This document shows positions 1 to 11,711 of a DNA stretch of 64,000 bases, in pieces; positions within the stretch are counted from its first letter, which is position 1; every line of letters starts with the position of its first letter. The position numbers were made by a program, and so were the translations under genes. The DNA comes from Anthoceros angustus (lineage: Eukaryota > Plantae > Anthocerotophyta). The stretch lies in assembly GCA_010909165.1 (NCBI GenBank), contig MU008171.1:1320297-1384296 (forward strand), in the 5' to 3' direction. The notes beneath the pieces are model-generated. The model saw only the letters and a program-made list of their open reading frames with translations, was not told the origin of the DNA and did no database searches.

Positions 1-523
1 ACAGAGTCGCAAAGATATTGCGAGGTCGACTTGATCAGCTCGCCGCTCAGCCTCCTTGCACCGCTTGTCTCGACATCCCATTCCACGGGACTCGCTTTGT
101 GTCTTCTTCGAAACATGGTTCATTGGTGGTCGTGGTGATCTTGAACTTGATGCGATCATACTCTCAACTCGCCCAACCGAACGCAAAGGTGCCTCGATTT
201 CGAGTAACATGTTTCGGATCCTTTGCCGCTCAGCCGGTTGCAAATCTTCACATATTTGCCAATCATCGGCCGGACTCTCATGGTTCCTTTCCTATGGCGA
301 GGGAACAGAGGTTGCCGTGTTGGCGGCATGTTCTTGCTTTTCAGGTGCAGATGTAGGTTCATCTTTTCCGTCACAGATCATCAGATGCTCCTTGCCATCC
401 TTTCGACACATGGCTATCTGTATGGCCAAGCCTGCAGATATCAACCATTGCATACAAGTCATGTCGAAGGCTTGCCCGATCAACCTGCACCGGAATGATT
501 CAGACACACCATGCGTGTAAGTG

Positions 524-2462
524 TGTGGAGTGTGAATTTTGTCTAGGGACACCGTGAGGTCCACATTCACCCTCAATGTCGTTGTAGGCTTAGGATTCGC
601 TCCCAAGGGAATGGTTTGTGCCAAGAGACGCTAACTTCTATCGCCATCGACCTTCACCTAAGTCGGGACTTACCGCTATTACTCTCTTACCTATCTACTC
701 AACTACTACTACCTCCCGACTTGTCTAACTACCATGATCTTATTCCACAACCACAATCTTATTCCACGACCACAAATCTTATTCCACGACCGCAAATCTT
801 ATTCCACGCGTGGCTCTCACCACTACCGGTAGTTGCTTGACTACCGAGGTGGGTCCCACGCCAAACCCTAGCGACTTATTTCCGACCGGATCTCGCCACG
901 GGCGTACCACTGCGCACAGATCGACTTTATTCTCGCACTCCACACTTCATGCACACACACACCGATTCCTAGGGACCAAAGTTCCACAAATCCTCACCGC
1001 TCACACACACAAAGGGCGCCACACTCACACAATTTTACAAGGAACTGTTTCCTCTTGTGCACACTTCCACCAACAAAGACCGGTTTGGATTCTTTTGGAT
1101 CCACACAAATCTCCACCGTTAGTCTCTCAATTAGTTCCCTTCTCAACTCCTCTTACACCTCGTGATCGCTGATTGTTCATCACTCCTTCACCCAATCTTC
1201 TCTCTCTCTCTCTCCCTCAATTCCACAAGCTTCCAACCATCCACTCAACACTTCTCTCTCAATTTGAACACAACGGGAACAAGGGTGAAGGAAAGAAGAA
1301 CCCCGGCGTCAGGGCGAGCAAGCTCCACCCGCCCCAATCCCTTGGTTTCCTCCTCCTTTGTCAAGATTGCTCTATCACCCTCCTCCTCCTCCATGAGCAA
1401 GCTCGACCACCCCTAGGAGCGCCTCGCACACCACCTCGTAATCGGACGTCTCCAACCAGCCACAGCGTGGGGATCTCAACCAGAGTTATCGATGTGAGGG
1501 GCACAACCAAGCCCCTTTATACAATTGTTGGGCCATAGCCACCGACTTTCCAGTCCTAAAACGGTGAACGCCAAGAGGCGCCTACAATTTCGGACCTTAG
1601 GTCCAAGATGGCATCCTATCCAAAGTTCTATTCCTAGGATGCCACTACTCCCCGCCCATGTTATCTCCGCACCCTCCGATTTGGTCGCCTGGCCCTTCGT
1701 CCTTTGCTGAATTTATGGGTCCTCCTTCCTCGTCGATCCGAAAATCCTCCCATAAACTCTCCACGTTTTCCATGATCCCAAGTCCCAGCTCCCTCACCAA
1801 TCCTCCACCTCGGACCCTCCAATGGTCCATATTTGGCCATTGGGCGTCAAATTTCACAACCTTGGGCGCCATGCTCTGCAAAACCCTCACCGCCCACAGC
1901 CTCGTTAATAACTCCAATCAACTTGGTCAATCCCCAGGGTTTCTTCCTTCCAGAATCGCGAGCTCCGCCGCCGCCTGTCGCCCTTCGTGCGAGCTCGTGC
2001 CTGTCGATCGTCTGAGCTACTGCCGCGCCGTGCCTTTCCGAGTTCCCTTAGGGTTATATTTCCCGAACCCTCCAACGCTACCACTTCTTCCGCGACCGCT
2101 CCTTCCTTCCACGACCGCCGCCAACCGTCAAACATAGTCCCCGTGACACCCGACCACACCATTCAACTACCGCGGTTGGTTCGACCTCTAGCCTACTACC
2201 AAATATGGGGACCCCCCCATATATAGGCCTTTTATTAAATATTCCAAGACCAAAGGCCAAGGAGTATCGAGTTCATAGTCCAAGGACCGATTATTATTTA
2301 ACCCAAAACAACCCAAAACTCATAGGTCAAGGACACTTCTGCTATAAATATCCCTTCCTACTGACAACCCAGCTCTTCTTGACACCAAACTTAGCAGAAA
2401 AAAACAAAAAATCACTCAAAGACACAATCCAACAGGGAGTTTCGAAATCCAGATCGTTTACA
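524..2462 (-). repeat. 3' LTR of family L copy 1
   Basis: Starts TGTGGAGTGTGAATTT and ends GATCGTTTACA on +. Repeated at 5995, 20869 and 26350. Abuts the PPT. Confidence 0.93.
737..808. repeat. 19-20 bp tandem repeat (ATCTTATTCCACGACCACAA x4) inside the L LTR
   Basis: Core ATCTTATTCCAC at 737, 756, 776 and 796. Present in all four L LTRs. Confidence 0.9.
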
Positions 2463-2475
2463 TACTCCCCTTCTC
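2463..2475 (-). promoter_or_regulatory. Polypurine tract of family L
   Basis: Minus strand reads GAGAAGGGGAGTA immediately before the LTR-starting TG. Same arrangement at 22797. Confidence 0.85.
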
Positions 2476-2497
2476 ATTTGTTGGCGCCCTCGCCAAC

Positions 2498-2830
2498 TCA
2501 TGTGTAGTATTTCTTAAGTCTCCAACCGTTGACCTTGGTTGGTAGGGGTCGCCCATCTAACTGTTGGAGCTGTATGGAGCCATTTGCGAAAACCTGGAAG
2601 ACTTTATATGGTCCCATCCATTGAAGGTGAAGCTTGCCTGGAAAATGCATATATCTGTCATATAGCAGGGTCAAGTCACGGGGTATCACCCACAACCTTT
2701 CGCTTCCGTCCGGTCCCGCCTGATATAAGCTGTCTCTGTGGCGGACAAATGGACTCGAATAATGCCGAGGCATCGTTGTTGCCTTGAAAGGTCCGAGGAT
2801 GCTTTGTGAACTCAAATATTTACGAATAAG
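2498..2830 (-). pseudogene. Integrase remnant: pre-zinc-finger linker fused to the C-terminal GPY/F module (no HHCC, no DDE core)
   Basis: ORF 2498..2815: HRDSLYQAGPDGSERLWVIPR followed directly by DLTLLYDRYMHFPGKLHLQWMGPYKVFQVFANGSIQL...VNGWRLKKYYT. The FPGKL-W-GPY...VNG-RLK-Y pattern is typical of Athila/Tat integrase tails. Confidence 0.85.
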
Positions 2831-3249
2831 TAGGCCTGGTGTATCCGGATCTCCTTCTCATTTACCGCCACCACCATCACTTGCCGTCTTCCGATTCTCG
2901 CAGCCGCTTCCCCTCCATCTCGCCAACGCTTCATCGGGAAGAACTTCCACATCCGTCCCACCACCTTCCACACGCTGCTCCACCTTCCACTACCGCAGAG
3001 TACCTTCCACACCGCATTCAATCACTCCATAACAACCCACCAGTGATGGAGTGGGGAATGTCTCTTCGATAGTCCCGCTCTTCATCCGACCAAGAAATGT
3101 GGGCAAACGGAACTTCTCTTTCTCATCCTCCTCCCCAAATGTGTCTTCTGAGGTATAGCCATCTGTTCCGTGGCGTCTCTCTGCGTCGTATCTCGACTCC
3201 AAGATAAACATATCCTCCCTTCCTTAACCTTGGGGTCCCAGTCCAGGTT

Positions 3250-5908
3250 TGAAGCCCACTTCCTTCCTTGCCCACTTGAAGGTACAGGCCCATACATCCA
3301 CGTCCGCCAATCAAAACGTCATATCCGGAGCTTTCGTTTGATGACCACATAGTCCATAAGAGGAATGGTACCAATATGGGTTAGAACTCGACTCCCCACG
3401 GTCATCTGGACATGTCCGCAAGACGCAGACCTTGGATGTGTGTTCTATCTCCAAACTTCCGAGTGTCCTCCGTCATGATGTTGACCCTGCACCCGAATCC
3501 GAGGTACTTTCTTGATAACGCATCCCGAGATTTCTATCTCAGCCTGCGACCTTGGTCGACCATGGCCACCATGTTCACAAGGGGCCTCGGCCTTGTTTTG
3601 GGAAGGGTCCTCTTCTTGGGTTGCTGCCTTCAATGCCCACCGGATCTGGCGGTACCTCGGATTGTCCCCGAGAAGTGTCCAAATGTTATCATGAATTTTT
3701 GGTCCATGATGGCCTCCGATTGAAAGGGCCATTGGTGTGTTCTCCCTTCTCGCGCCAACCCCACTCGTTTCAACAACCACGAGCTCTGTGTCATCGGCCA
3801 GCGGTGATGGGGTTGGGTGGTGAGGGTGGTGTGTGGTGGTCTGTTCTCTCTCGGATCATCTCCATGACTTCCTTCGACATCGGCGCGCCTAACTCATCCT
3901 TCTTTCTCTCCCGGGTTTTCGCGATGTCGACTCGAGTTCCACCCTCCTCCCCAAATGTGTCTTCTTTTCGACGTCATCCTCGAATCCGGGTTCGCTAAGG
4001 AGTTACATCGTGGTGCCCCAAAATCGCACTTTGCAGTGTGACGCCCATGCCTTGCCCCGTCCACCGGATTCGCATGCCTCCCTTCCTTCCTCCATCCGAG
4101 TCCTCGTTGGCATTTTGTGGCTGGACCCCTTCCTTCCTCGCCGATGAAGACGACTTCCTCCTCACCTCCGATGTTATGGAGGCTCCAATCCTTCCTTCTT
4201 TCTCTTCTTTCCCCGTTCCCCCCTCCTGAGGGCGTCCACCTTCCTCTCGCTCTCGTGCCCATGGCGGAGTTTCATAATACCCGCCATCCATATCCCCAAA
4301 CTTCTCTCAACATGGCCTCCGAATCCTCCCATACTGCCATGAGCGCATCTTCGATTTGCATCGCTGGTAACGGATTTTGCTCCATGGGTGGGTGGGTTGC
4401 AGTTGAGCAATCCTCACATGTTTTTCGGCGACAGAACAGCCCGCCACATGTCCCCGATTGCTTGCAATCCACACTGCCTCTCAAAATCACCATTTCGGCG
4501 AGATGCGACACACTGCAAGATGCAACGGCAATTGTAACGAATGGCACTCATTTGCCCGGGTTCCTTGCCATCGATTGCGAATGCCCATGGTGGAGTTTCG
4601 TAAACTTGAGGGTACAAAGTCTTGGTACCAAAGGTGTCGCCTCTTGAATTTGGTATGTATCTTCCAAGCACATCTCCTCCTCCTCTTCCTCGTAGCCAGT
4701 TGCACCTTCGTTTGAGATTCGACCTCGAGTGCCCTGTCTGCAAGTTGAGGAAGAGAGCCGCCGCTCCAGTGCCCTTCTCCTCTCGTGGTCTTTTATGGCA
4801 TTGAGATGAAGTTTCTCGGTTTGGCCATCATTTCCTCCATCTTGTTCCCTTGTTGCTCCACCTTTTGGCTGCTGTTTCCACCTCTCTTCTCACCGCTCCG
4901 TCCTTCTTTGCATACCAGCTCCTTTCCTGCGCGGCGTCTTAGTTCCCACTCATTTTTCGTTCCTTCTTTCTCTCCTTTACCGCCATCTCTCACGAATCTT
5001 CCTCCGAGCTATCACGGGTCTCTTCTTCCGTGTGGAACTATCCGAGGAGTCTGAAGAGCTATCTTCCTCCGTGGAAGCATCGGAGGATGAGTAGTACTTC
5101 TTCTTCTTCGGATTTCTTCTTGTCTCCGTATCCCCTTCTTGATTTCTTTCTCCGCATTGGACTCCTCGTAGTTCGAGCCTTGATCGCCCGATCCAAGTCT
5201 TTCTCTGAGACGACGCGTGCTTTCCCATCTCCGGCCTCTTGCAGAACCAGCGGATTGCCATTAACTCCGAGTGAGGTCCAGATCACGTGTGGAACCTTTC
5301 CACATAAGCTGCGGTCTCCTTCTTCCTCTCCGCATCCTCGAGTTTGGACATATCCTTCCACATCGACTCCTCCGAACCTTTCACAAAAGCCTCTTCAAGG
5401 CCCCAAAGGTAGTTGGGGTGTGGAAGAAGCGAGATACTCGCTTGTACCACTTGGCCGCGCCGCAAGACTCATAAACATGGGCACGTTGCATCCTCCTCTG
5501 TTGGCAAGCGCTCAAAACGCCGACAAACTCGTCGGGATCCTCATGGCCCTTCTTCTCCATACAACGGGTAAGATTGCTTAGTGGTAACAACTACCGGAGT
5601 AGTAGTCATAGCTACCGTGGTAGTACTTTCAACATGCGCGGTGATACAACTACCCGGCCTCGGGCTTCTACATTCAAAAGTTTGACTGATTGCGAGGCAA
5701 GAACGGAGATTGAAAGGCGGGTTGGGGTACCGGCCCTTGTACCGCTCCGAGAGTTGGGAATCTGAGTGATCGATCCGATTCCCCTCGACTGCCCTCTTCC
5801 TCGTCGTGTGATCTCCTCGCTCTCTCCTTGACTGCAACCTTTCCGCTTGGCGTTGTCGCTTGCCAAAGCGTTTCCCCGATCGGACTTGTCTTCACCCGAG
5901 GCATCCAT
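3250..5908 (-). pseudogene. gag plus aspartic protease of family L (frameshifted)
   Basis: Retrotransposon gag-like KGHEDPDEF...AAKWYKR...TTFGALKRL (5381-5590), zinc-knuckle remnant YNCR(GFG)HLA near 4500-4545, protease DSGAGVNIMTE at ~3470-3503 and GYDVLIG at ~3305-3327. Confidence 0.85.
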
Positions 5909-5977
5909 CTATCAATCTAGTAATGCTAGACTCTACTTAGGCTATGGTTAGTTCTACCACGTCCTTGTGATTTCATT

Positions 5978-5991
5978 CCCGAACGGCGCCA
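5978..5991 (-). promoter_or_regulatory. Primer-binding site, tRNA-Asp (Athila) type
   Basis: Minus strand TGGCGCCGTTCGGG, 3 nt downstream of the 5' LTR end. Resembles the Athila PBS TGGCGCCGTTGCCGGGGA. More degraded in copy 2 (~26335-26346). Confidence 0.8.
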
Positions 5992-5994
5992 AAA

Positions 5995-7944
5995 TGTGGA
6001 GTGAATTTGTGTCTAGGGACACCGTGAGGTCCACATTCACCCTCAATGTCGTTGTAGGCTTAGGATTCGCTCCCAAGGGAATGGTTTGTGCCAAGAGACG
6101 CTAACTTCTATCACATCGACCTTCACCTAAGTCGACTTACTGCTATTACTCCTCTTACCTATCTACTCAACTACTACTACCTCCCGACTTGTCTAACTAC
6201 CATGATCTTATTCCACAACCACGAATCTTATTCCACGACCACAAATCTTATTCCACGACAAATCTTATTCCACGCGGTGGCTCTCACCACTACCGGTAGT
6301 TGCTTGACTACCGAGGTGGGTCCCACGCCAAACCCTAGCGACTTATTTCGACCGGATCCGCCACGCGGCTACCACCGTGCAGATCGACTTTATTCGTGAC
6401 TCCACACTTCATGCACACACACACCGATTCCTAGGGACCAAAGTTCCACAAATCCCTCACCGCCACACACACACAAAGGGCGCCACACTCACACAATTTT
6501 ACAAGGAACTGTTTCCTCTTGTGCACTTCCACCAACAGACCGGTTTGGATTCTTTTGGATCCACACAAATCTCCACCGTTAGTCTCTCAATTAGTTCCCT
6601 TCTCAACTCCTCTTACACCTCGTGATCTGATTGTTCAGTCACTCCTTCACCCAATCTTCTCTCTCTCTCTCTCTCTCAATTCGCCCAGCTTCCAACCATC
6701 CACTCAACACTTCTCTCTCAATTTGAACACAAGAACAAGGGTGAAGGAAAGAAGAACCCCGGCCACAGCGCTGAGCAAGCTCCGCCCCGCGCCAATCCCT
6801 TGGTTTCCTCCTCCCGCCAAGATTGCTCTATCACCCTCCTCCCCGGTTGGAGCAAGCTCGACCACCCCTAGGAGCGCCTCGCGACACCACCTCTCCTAAT
6901 GGACGTCTCCAACCAGCCACAGCGTGGGGATCTCAACCAGAGTTATCTCGATGTGAGGGGCACAACCAAGCCCCTTTATACAATTCGGGCGTCATAGCCA
7001 CCGACTTTCCAGTCCTAAAAGCCGAACGCCAAGAGGCGCCTACAATTGGACCTTAGGTCCAAGATGGCATCCTATCCAAAGTTCTATTCCTAGGATGCCA
7101 CTACCGCCCATGTTATCTCCGCACCCTCCGATTTGGTCGCTGGCCCTTCGTCCTTTGCTGAATTTATGGGTCCTCCTTCCTTGATCCGAAAATCCTCCCA
7201 TAAACTCTCCATTTGTTTTTCCATGATCCCAAGTCCCGGCTCCCTCACCAATCCTCCACCTCGGACCCTCCAATGGTCCATATTTGGCCATTGGGCCAAA
7301 TTTCACTGCAACCTTGGGCGCCATGCTCTGCAAAACCCTCACGCCCACAAAATTGCTGATAACTCGCCTCGAATCTCCAACTTGGTCAATCCCCGTGGTT
7401 TCTTCCTTCCAGAATCGCGAGCTCCGCCGCCACTGTGGCTGCCCTTCTGACCTCGTGCGAGCTCGTGCTGTGGATCGTCTGAGCTACCGCCAGCCCGTGC
7501 CTTCCGAGTTCCCTTAGGGTTATATTTCCCGGAAACTCTGGCCTACGCCGCTACCACTTCTTCCGCGACCGCTCCTTCCTTCCACGACCGCCCGTTCGCC
7601 AACCGTCTTGAAACATAGTCCTGACACCCGACCACACCACACAATTCAACTACCCGGTTGGTTCGACCTCTAGCCTACGGACCTCGCCAAATATGGGGAC
7701 CCCTCATATATAGGCCTTTTATTAAATATTCCAAGACCAAAGGCCAAGGAGTATCGAGTTCATAGTCCAAGGACCGATTATTATTTAACCCAAACAACCC
7801 CAAAACTCATAGGCCAAGGACACTTTCTACTATAAATATCCCTTCCTACTCATAACCTAGCTCTTCTTGACACCAAACTTAACAAAAACAAAAATCACTC
7901 AAAGACACAATCCAATGTGGAGTTTCCAATACCGATCGCTTACA
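5995..7944 (-). repeat. 5' LTR of family L copy 1
   Basis: Direct repeat of 524-2462. Ends GATCGCTTACA followed by TSD AAGTG. Confidence 0.93.
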
Positions 7945-8229
7945 AAGTGCCACCTACACAAATCCCATGGCTCGCTCATATTGTGGGCTACTTCATTTCC
8001 TTCGTGTCCAGCACCATGCCTTCCTCCTTTCCTAAATGCATAGATCACCTTGCCTTGACGAGCGTGGCCATGCCCTTCTTGGTTTTCCCACCACGCTCAC
8101 CGGGTAGTGGGGTAACTTGTCTCCCTTGCGCAATGGTTGTGACCGGCTGCCCCGACCTGTGATGTCATCTACACAAGGCTGCTTCCGTATCATTAACCGC
8201 CGGTGATGCCTTAGGTTGTCACACCGCCC

Positions 8230-8730
8230 ACATTAGTCCGTGGTTACGCACCCGATGTGCATATGAGCCGGCCTCACAAGATCCACACTAAGCTCTTCCC
8301 CAGCCAACTTCTCGAAGTTGCCCATATTGTTTCCGAACACCCTCACGTCACGAAAGCACCACACACGCCAAGCACACATACCAAATAGGATGGTTAGTCG
8401 CTTGCACTTCAAGATCCGAATGACTTCCACCGCTAGTTCCATGCCATTCGAGCCACGGCCACCAAAAGTTTTGCATTCCCATCCCGCAATCAACATATCC
8501 ACTGCACCCAATGGCTTCAATTTGACGCTTTCCTACCAATAAGATATCGCAGTAGCACCGCTGCATCCTTGATTGCCTCTCGCCATCAACGCGGGGTACT
8601 CCTTTGCACCGAATGATTCGGTCCCGCCACCGTGACGCCGCCTTTCATCCAAATTTCACATGTGTATTTTTTTATCCAAATGCCACCTCAAAGATCGCCT
8701 AACCTTGTCGATCCCGAGCAAAGCTCCATC
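8230..8730 (-). pseudogene. C5-cytosine DNA methyltransferase domain (motifs I-VIII) of family A copy 1; C-terminal part lies beyond the L insertion (~280-518)
   Basis: Motif I-like MELCSG (8711-8729), motif IV VDMLIAGWEC (8473-8502), motif VIII-like GSYAHR(V)RN..TN (~8233-8275). Confidence 0.82.
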
Positions 8731-9077
8731 GATGAATGCCCCGCCCGCTTCCATCGAATCACTTTATTGTTGATCCGGCAGCTTTTAGCCGGATTCAAAA
8801 CCGCATCTTCTGTAGGCTGCCTCGGGCACACACGTTAAGGGACACTCCCGAGCCCCTCCTGGATGTGTTCTCGTGGCCGCACCAATCACGGGTGTTCCCG
8901 ACATGTGCAAGCACCTCTCGTGGTCATCCAAGTCTCTTCCTCATCGCTCTTCTGCTTCCCACACCTCACCGTGAACGCCTCAACAAGCATGCGGTGACCG
9001 CACGGCTGTTTTTCCCGCCTCCTCATGCTTTTTAATTATGGCTATGTGCGAGAAGTCCCCTGCCTCGCCATCATGTC

Positions 9078-9400
9078 TCAGAATGCCACCGAATGTAGTG
9101 GGTCTACTCCCATTGTCGGTCCGTGTGTGGCGTCAGCGCCAAGCAGCACATCATAATGTCTTGCGTTAGATACCAAGCAATGAACCTCAATGACCGAAGC
9201 ATCCTCGGTGTCTGGCTTGAGCTCTATGCGAATCGGATCCCGTGTGATCCCCATCACTTGCTCTTTGGTACCCGTGGACGTGGTGATGCGCACCTCACAT
9301 GGCCTCTTCCATATCCTCACTGGTATACTAAACTCCTTTTGTGTCAATGACCAAGTTTTAACTGCTGGCCGTTGTCTTCCTTGAATTCTCGGCCTTACGC
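9078..9400 (-). pseudogene. Retropepsin-like aspartic protease of family A
   Basis: IQGRQRP.VK.LVIDT...VRITTSTGTKEQVMGITRDPIRIELKP...VHCLVSNARHYDVLLG. A clean D-T/S-G triad is not readable. Confidence 0.65.
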
Positions 9401-11091
9401 TTATTGTGAGAGCTCGAGCTTTCACCGCTCAGCAACGCTTGGTCTCCCACTTCTCAAAGATTTCATCCACGCATTTCCACACCTCATCATCCACCTTTGC
9501 AACATAATAATCCAAAGGTCCGCTGTCCACGAGGCGGTGATAATCGACCTTAGGTCCATGCTTACCGCATCCCACTTGGGAACCCCGCCAGCCAAGCATA
9601 TATCTCCAACTTCCAGCCTAAGTCACACTTCACCCCATCAACTAGCCTCGGCCTTCATCTCGCTTTGATGTACCTCACACGGTTGATGAAAGTAAAATCT
9701 TCCTAGCATCCGCAATGGTGTTGTGATCGGCAACCTCATCTCCTCATGTGTGAGGCCAAGAATATATGCATCCATCCACCTATACTCTTGAACCAATGGA
9801 TACATGTCGGCTAGTCTAGATCCGCCCGGAAGGAATGATTCCTCCCAATACATAAAATTTGTAAACCCCCATTCCACCTTATCCATGTCAAAGAAGTTCT
9901 TGTTGGGACATCATGGGTCTATACGACAATCATTGGCAAAGACACCAACCACCACCCACGTGGAATGCTTCATCTTTTACATCAAAGCCTCCACTCAAGC
10001 CAGGTCTAGCTTACGCTTGAACCGACAAAGTTCTTCCGGCGATCTACAACTGATGGATGCAGCTTTAACGTGGACTCCTGCACTCTTTCCGCAATTGCCT
10101 CTTGATGAGAATCATATACAAGCTCAAGCAATATGTGTTGCATTACATTCATAATAGAAAGTACATGCCTTTATGTAGGCAAGGTTGTTGTAACCAATAA
10201 GTGGTTGTAACAACTAACCAATTAAATAACTACTAAAAGAAACTACCTAGAGCCCTAAGGACTAAATTAATTATTAAGTGCTAGGTGCCCTAGTGAAGAG
10301 TGCCCTAATAGTAAGCTATTTTATCACTCCCACTCACTATGAACTAGGGTGATTTTCCGACTAAAAAAGAGGTCAAGGAAAACTAGTCTAGCAAAAACTA
10401 GTCCCTAACTAAACTTTACTTAAAAGCATAAAGTAAAACTTAAACTAAAAACTGAAAGTAATAATCACTATTAAAATAAATCCCACTTAAGGAGAACTGT
10501 GGTGAGAAACTAATAACCCAACTTAAGTAATTAGGTTGAATTAAAACTAATTAAATTGTATTTAAAGGAATTTATATAGGGAAATTCCAGAAAATAGCCT
10601 AATTTCCGAAAAGGAAAATCAAAAGGATAATAGGTAATACCCTCCTTCCTCCACTTCGCGACTCGATAAAAAGTTTTGGTGGTGGTACATGCAGTCCGAT
10701 GGCGATGGCAGAGGGATGGCCACCGCAGCAGGCGCCCAATCCCCGCCCACGGAGGAGGCGCCACGCAGCACCATCGCGCCTCGCCCAGAGCCCCGCCTCT
10801 CTCCGCCACGCGCCGCGCCGTAGGTCAGGCACGCCTTCCGCCTAACTGTCCAATCCGGCCCCGGCGCGCGACGCCCACGCTTTGCTGGGCGCCACAAGAA
10901 GGACAGAGGGCGCCCCCACCACGATGCCCATAGTCGATATGAAGAGCCTCTCCACACCTCACTGCATTTCGCACTTTCGTAAAGAAACCTCGCATCTATC
11001 ATTGATCCGACTCATCCTCGGAGGATGAAGTCAAAATGTATGCCTAAGGATGCTATTTTATATATTTACTATATTTATTTTCTCAAAGACA

Positions 11092-11710
11092 TATGAGGAG
11101 GCGCCCCAAGGCCCATGGGGGGTGTGTTAGGGCCGGCCGGGCGCCTATGGCCAAGGCATGGCGTAGGTAGGGGGCGCTGCACCCAAGGGAGGGCAGGCGG
11201 CTGGGGGCGCCGGCCACGGCGCCATGGGCAAGGTGTGTTAGGGGAGGGCACCGAACGGCGACACAAGGTGGTGGTGTGCAGGAGGACGCCGGCCGCCCAT
11301 GGGCGTGTGTTAGGGGAGGCGCCGGCCGCCCATGGCGGTGGTGGCAGGCGTGTTGGGGTGCCGCCGGCCGCCCATGGGCAGGGAGGCGCCGCCGCCGGCG
11401 CCCATGAGTGGCATGTTGGGAGGGCCGGCCGGCCGCGCCTCCCTAGCTCCACCCGCCACCCACCGACGGGTGGTGCAGGAGGCGCGGCCGGGCCGCGCCC
11501 GCCTCACAGATCGCCTGTAGGCCCACGGGTGGCAGAGGAGGCGCCGGCGCCTCCGCCACGCCAACCACCAGTGGGCAACGGTGGGCGCTTAGCGAGGGCG
11601 CCCGACCGCCGGCGCCTCCTCCACGCGCCACCCGCTTGGGTCTACGATGGGTGGTGCGTGAGGGAGGCGGCGGCCGCTCACGCCTCCGCTCGCGCCTCCA
11701 CCACGGGCAT
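11092..11710. repeat. GC-rich degenerate tandem repeat (left part, cut by family B)
   Basis: Recurrent GCCCATGGG..GTGT(G/T)AGGGGAGGCGCCGGCC and CCGACGGGTGGTGC motifs. Homologous to 16140-16690, 31383-31927 and 47821-48340. Confidence 0.8.
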
Positions 11711-11711
11711 T

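Larger units (their letters stand above)
524..7944 (-). mobile_element. Family L non-autonomous Athila-like LTR retrotransposon, copy 1
   Basis: Two ~1.94-kb direct repeats with TG..CA ends (524-2462, 5995-7944), 5-bp TSD AAGTG at 519-523 and 7945-7949, empty site at 44708-44712, PBS and PPT on the minus strand, and gag, protease and integrase-tail remnants. Confidence 0.95.
1..11710 (-). mobile_element. Family A Ty3/Gypsy-Dnmt retroelement, copy 1 (truncated by the window edge at the start of RT; interrupted by family L at 524-7944)
   Basis: Colinear with 20385-31927, 44260-48340 and 60660-63408. Carries the protease-like segment (VHCLVSNARHYDVLLG, ORF 9078..9425) and methyltransferase motifs (VDMLIAGWEC, ORF 8233..8520). 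Right limit is placed at the family B insertion point; true termini are not resolved. Confidence 0.85.

Noticed and set aside
737-808. Possible CRISPR array (repeated ATCTTATTCCAC)
   Set aside because: The period is only 19-20 bp with no unique spacers, it lies within an LTR, and no cas genes are present.
2463-2500. env-like gene of Athila elements
   Set aside because: The integrase tail stops 35 nt from the PPT, leaving no room.
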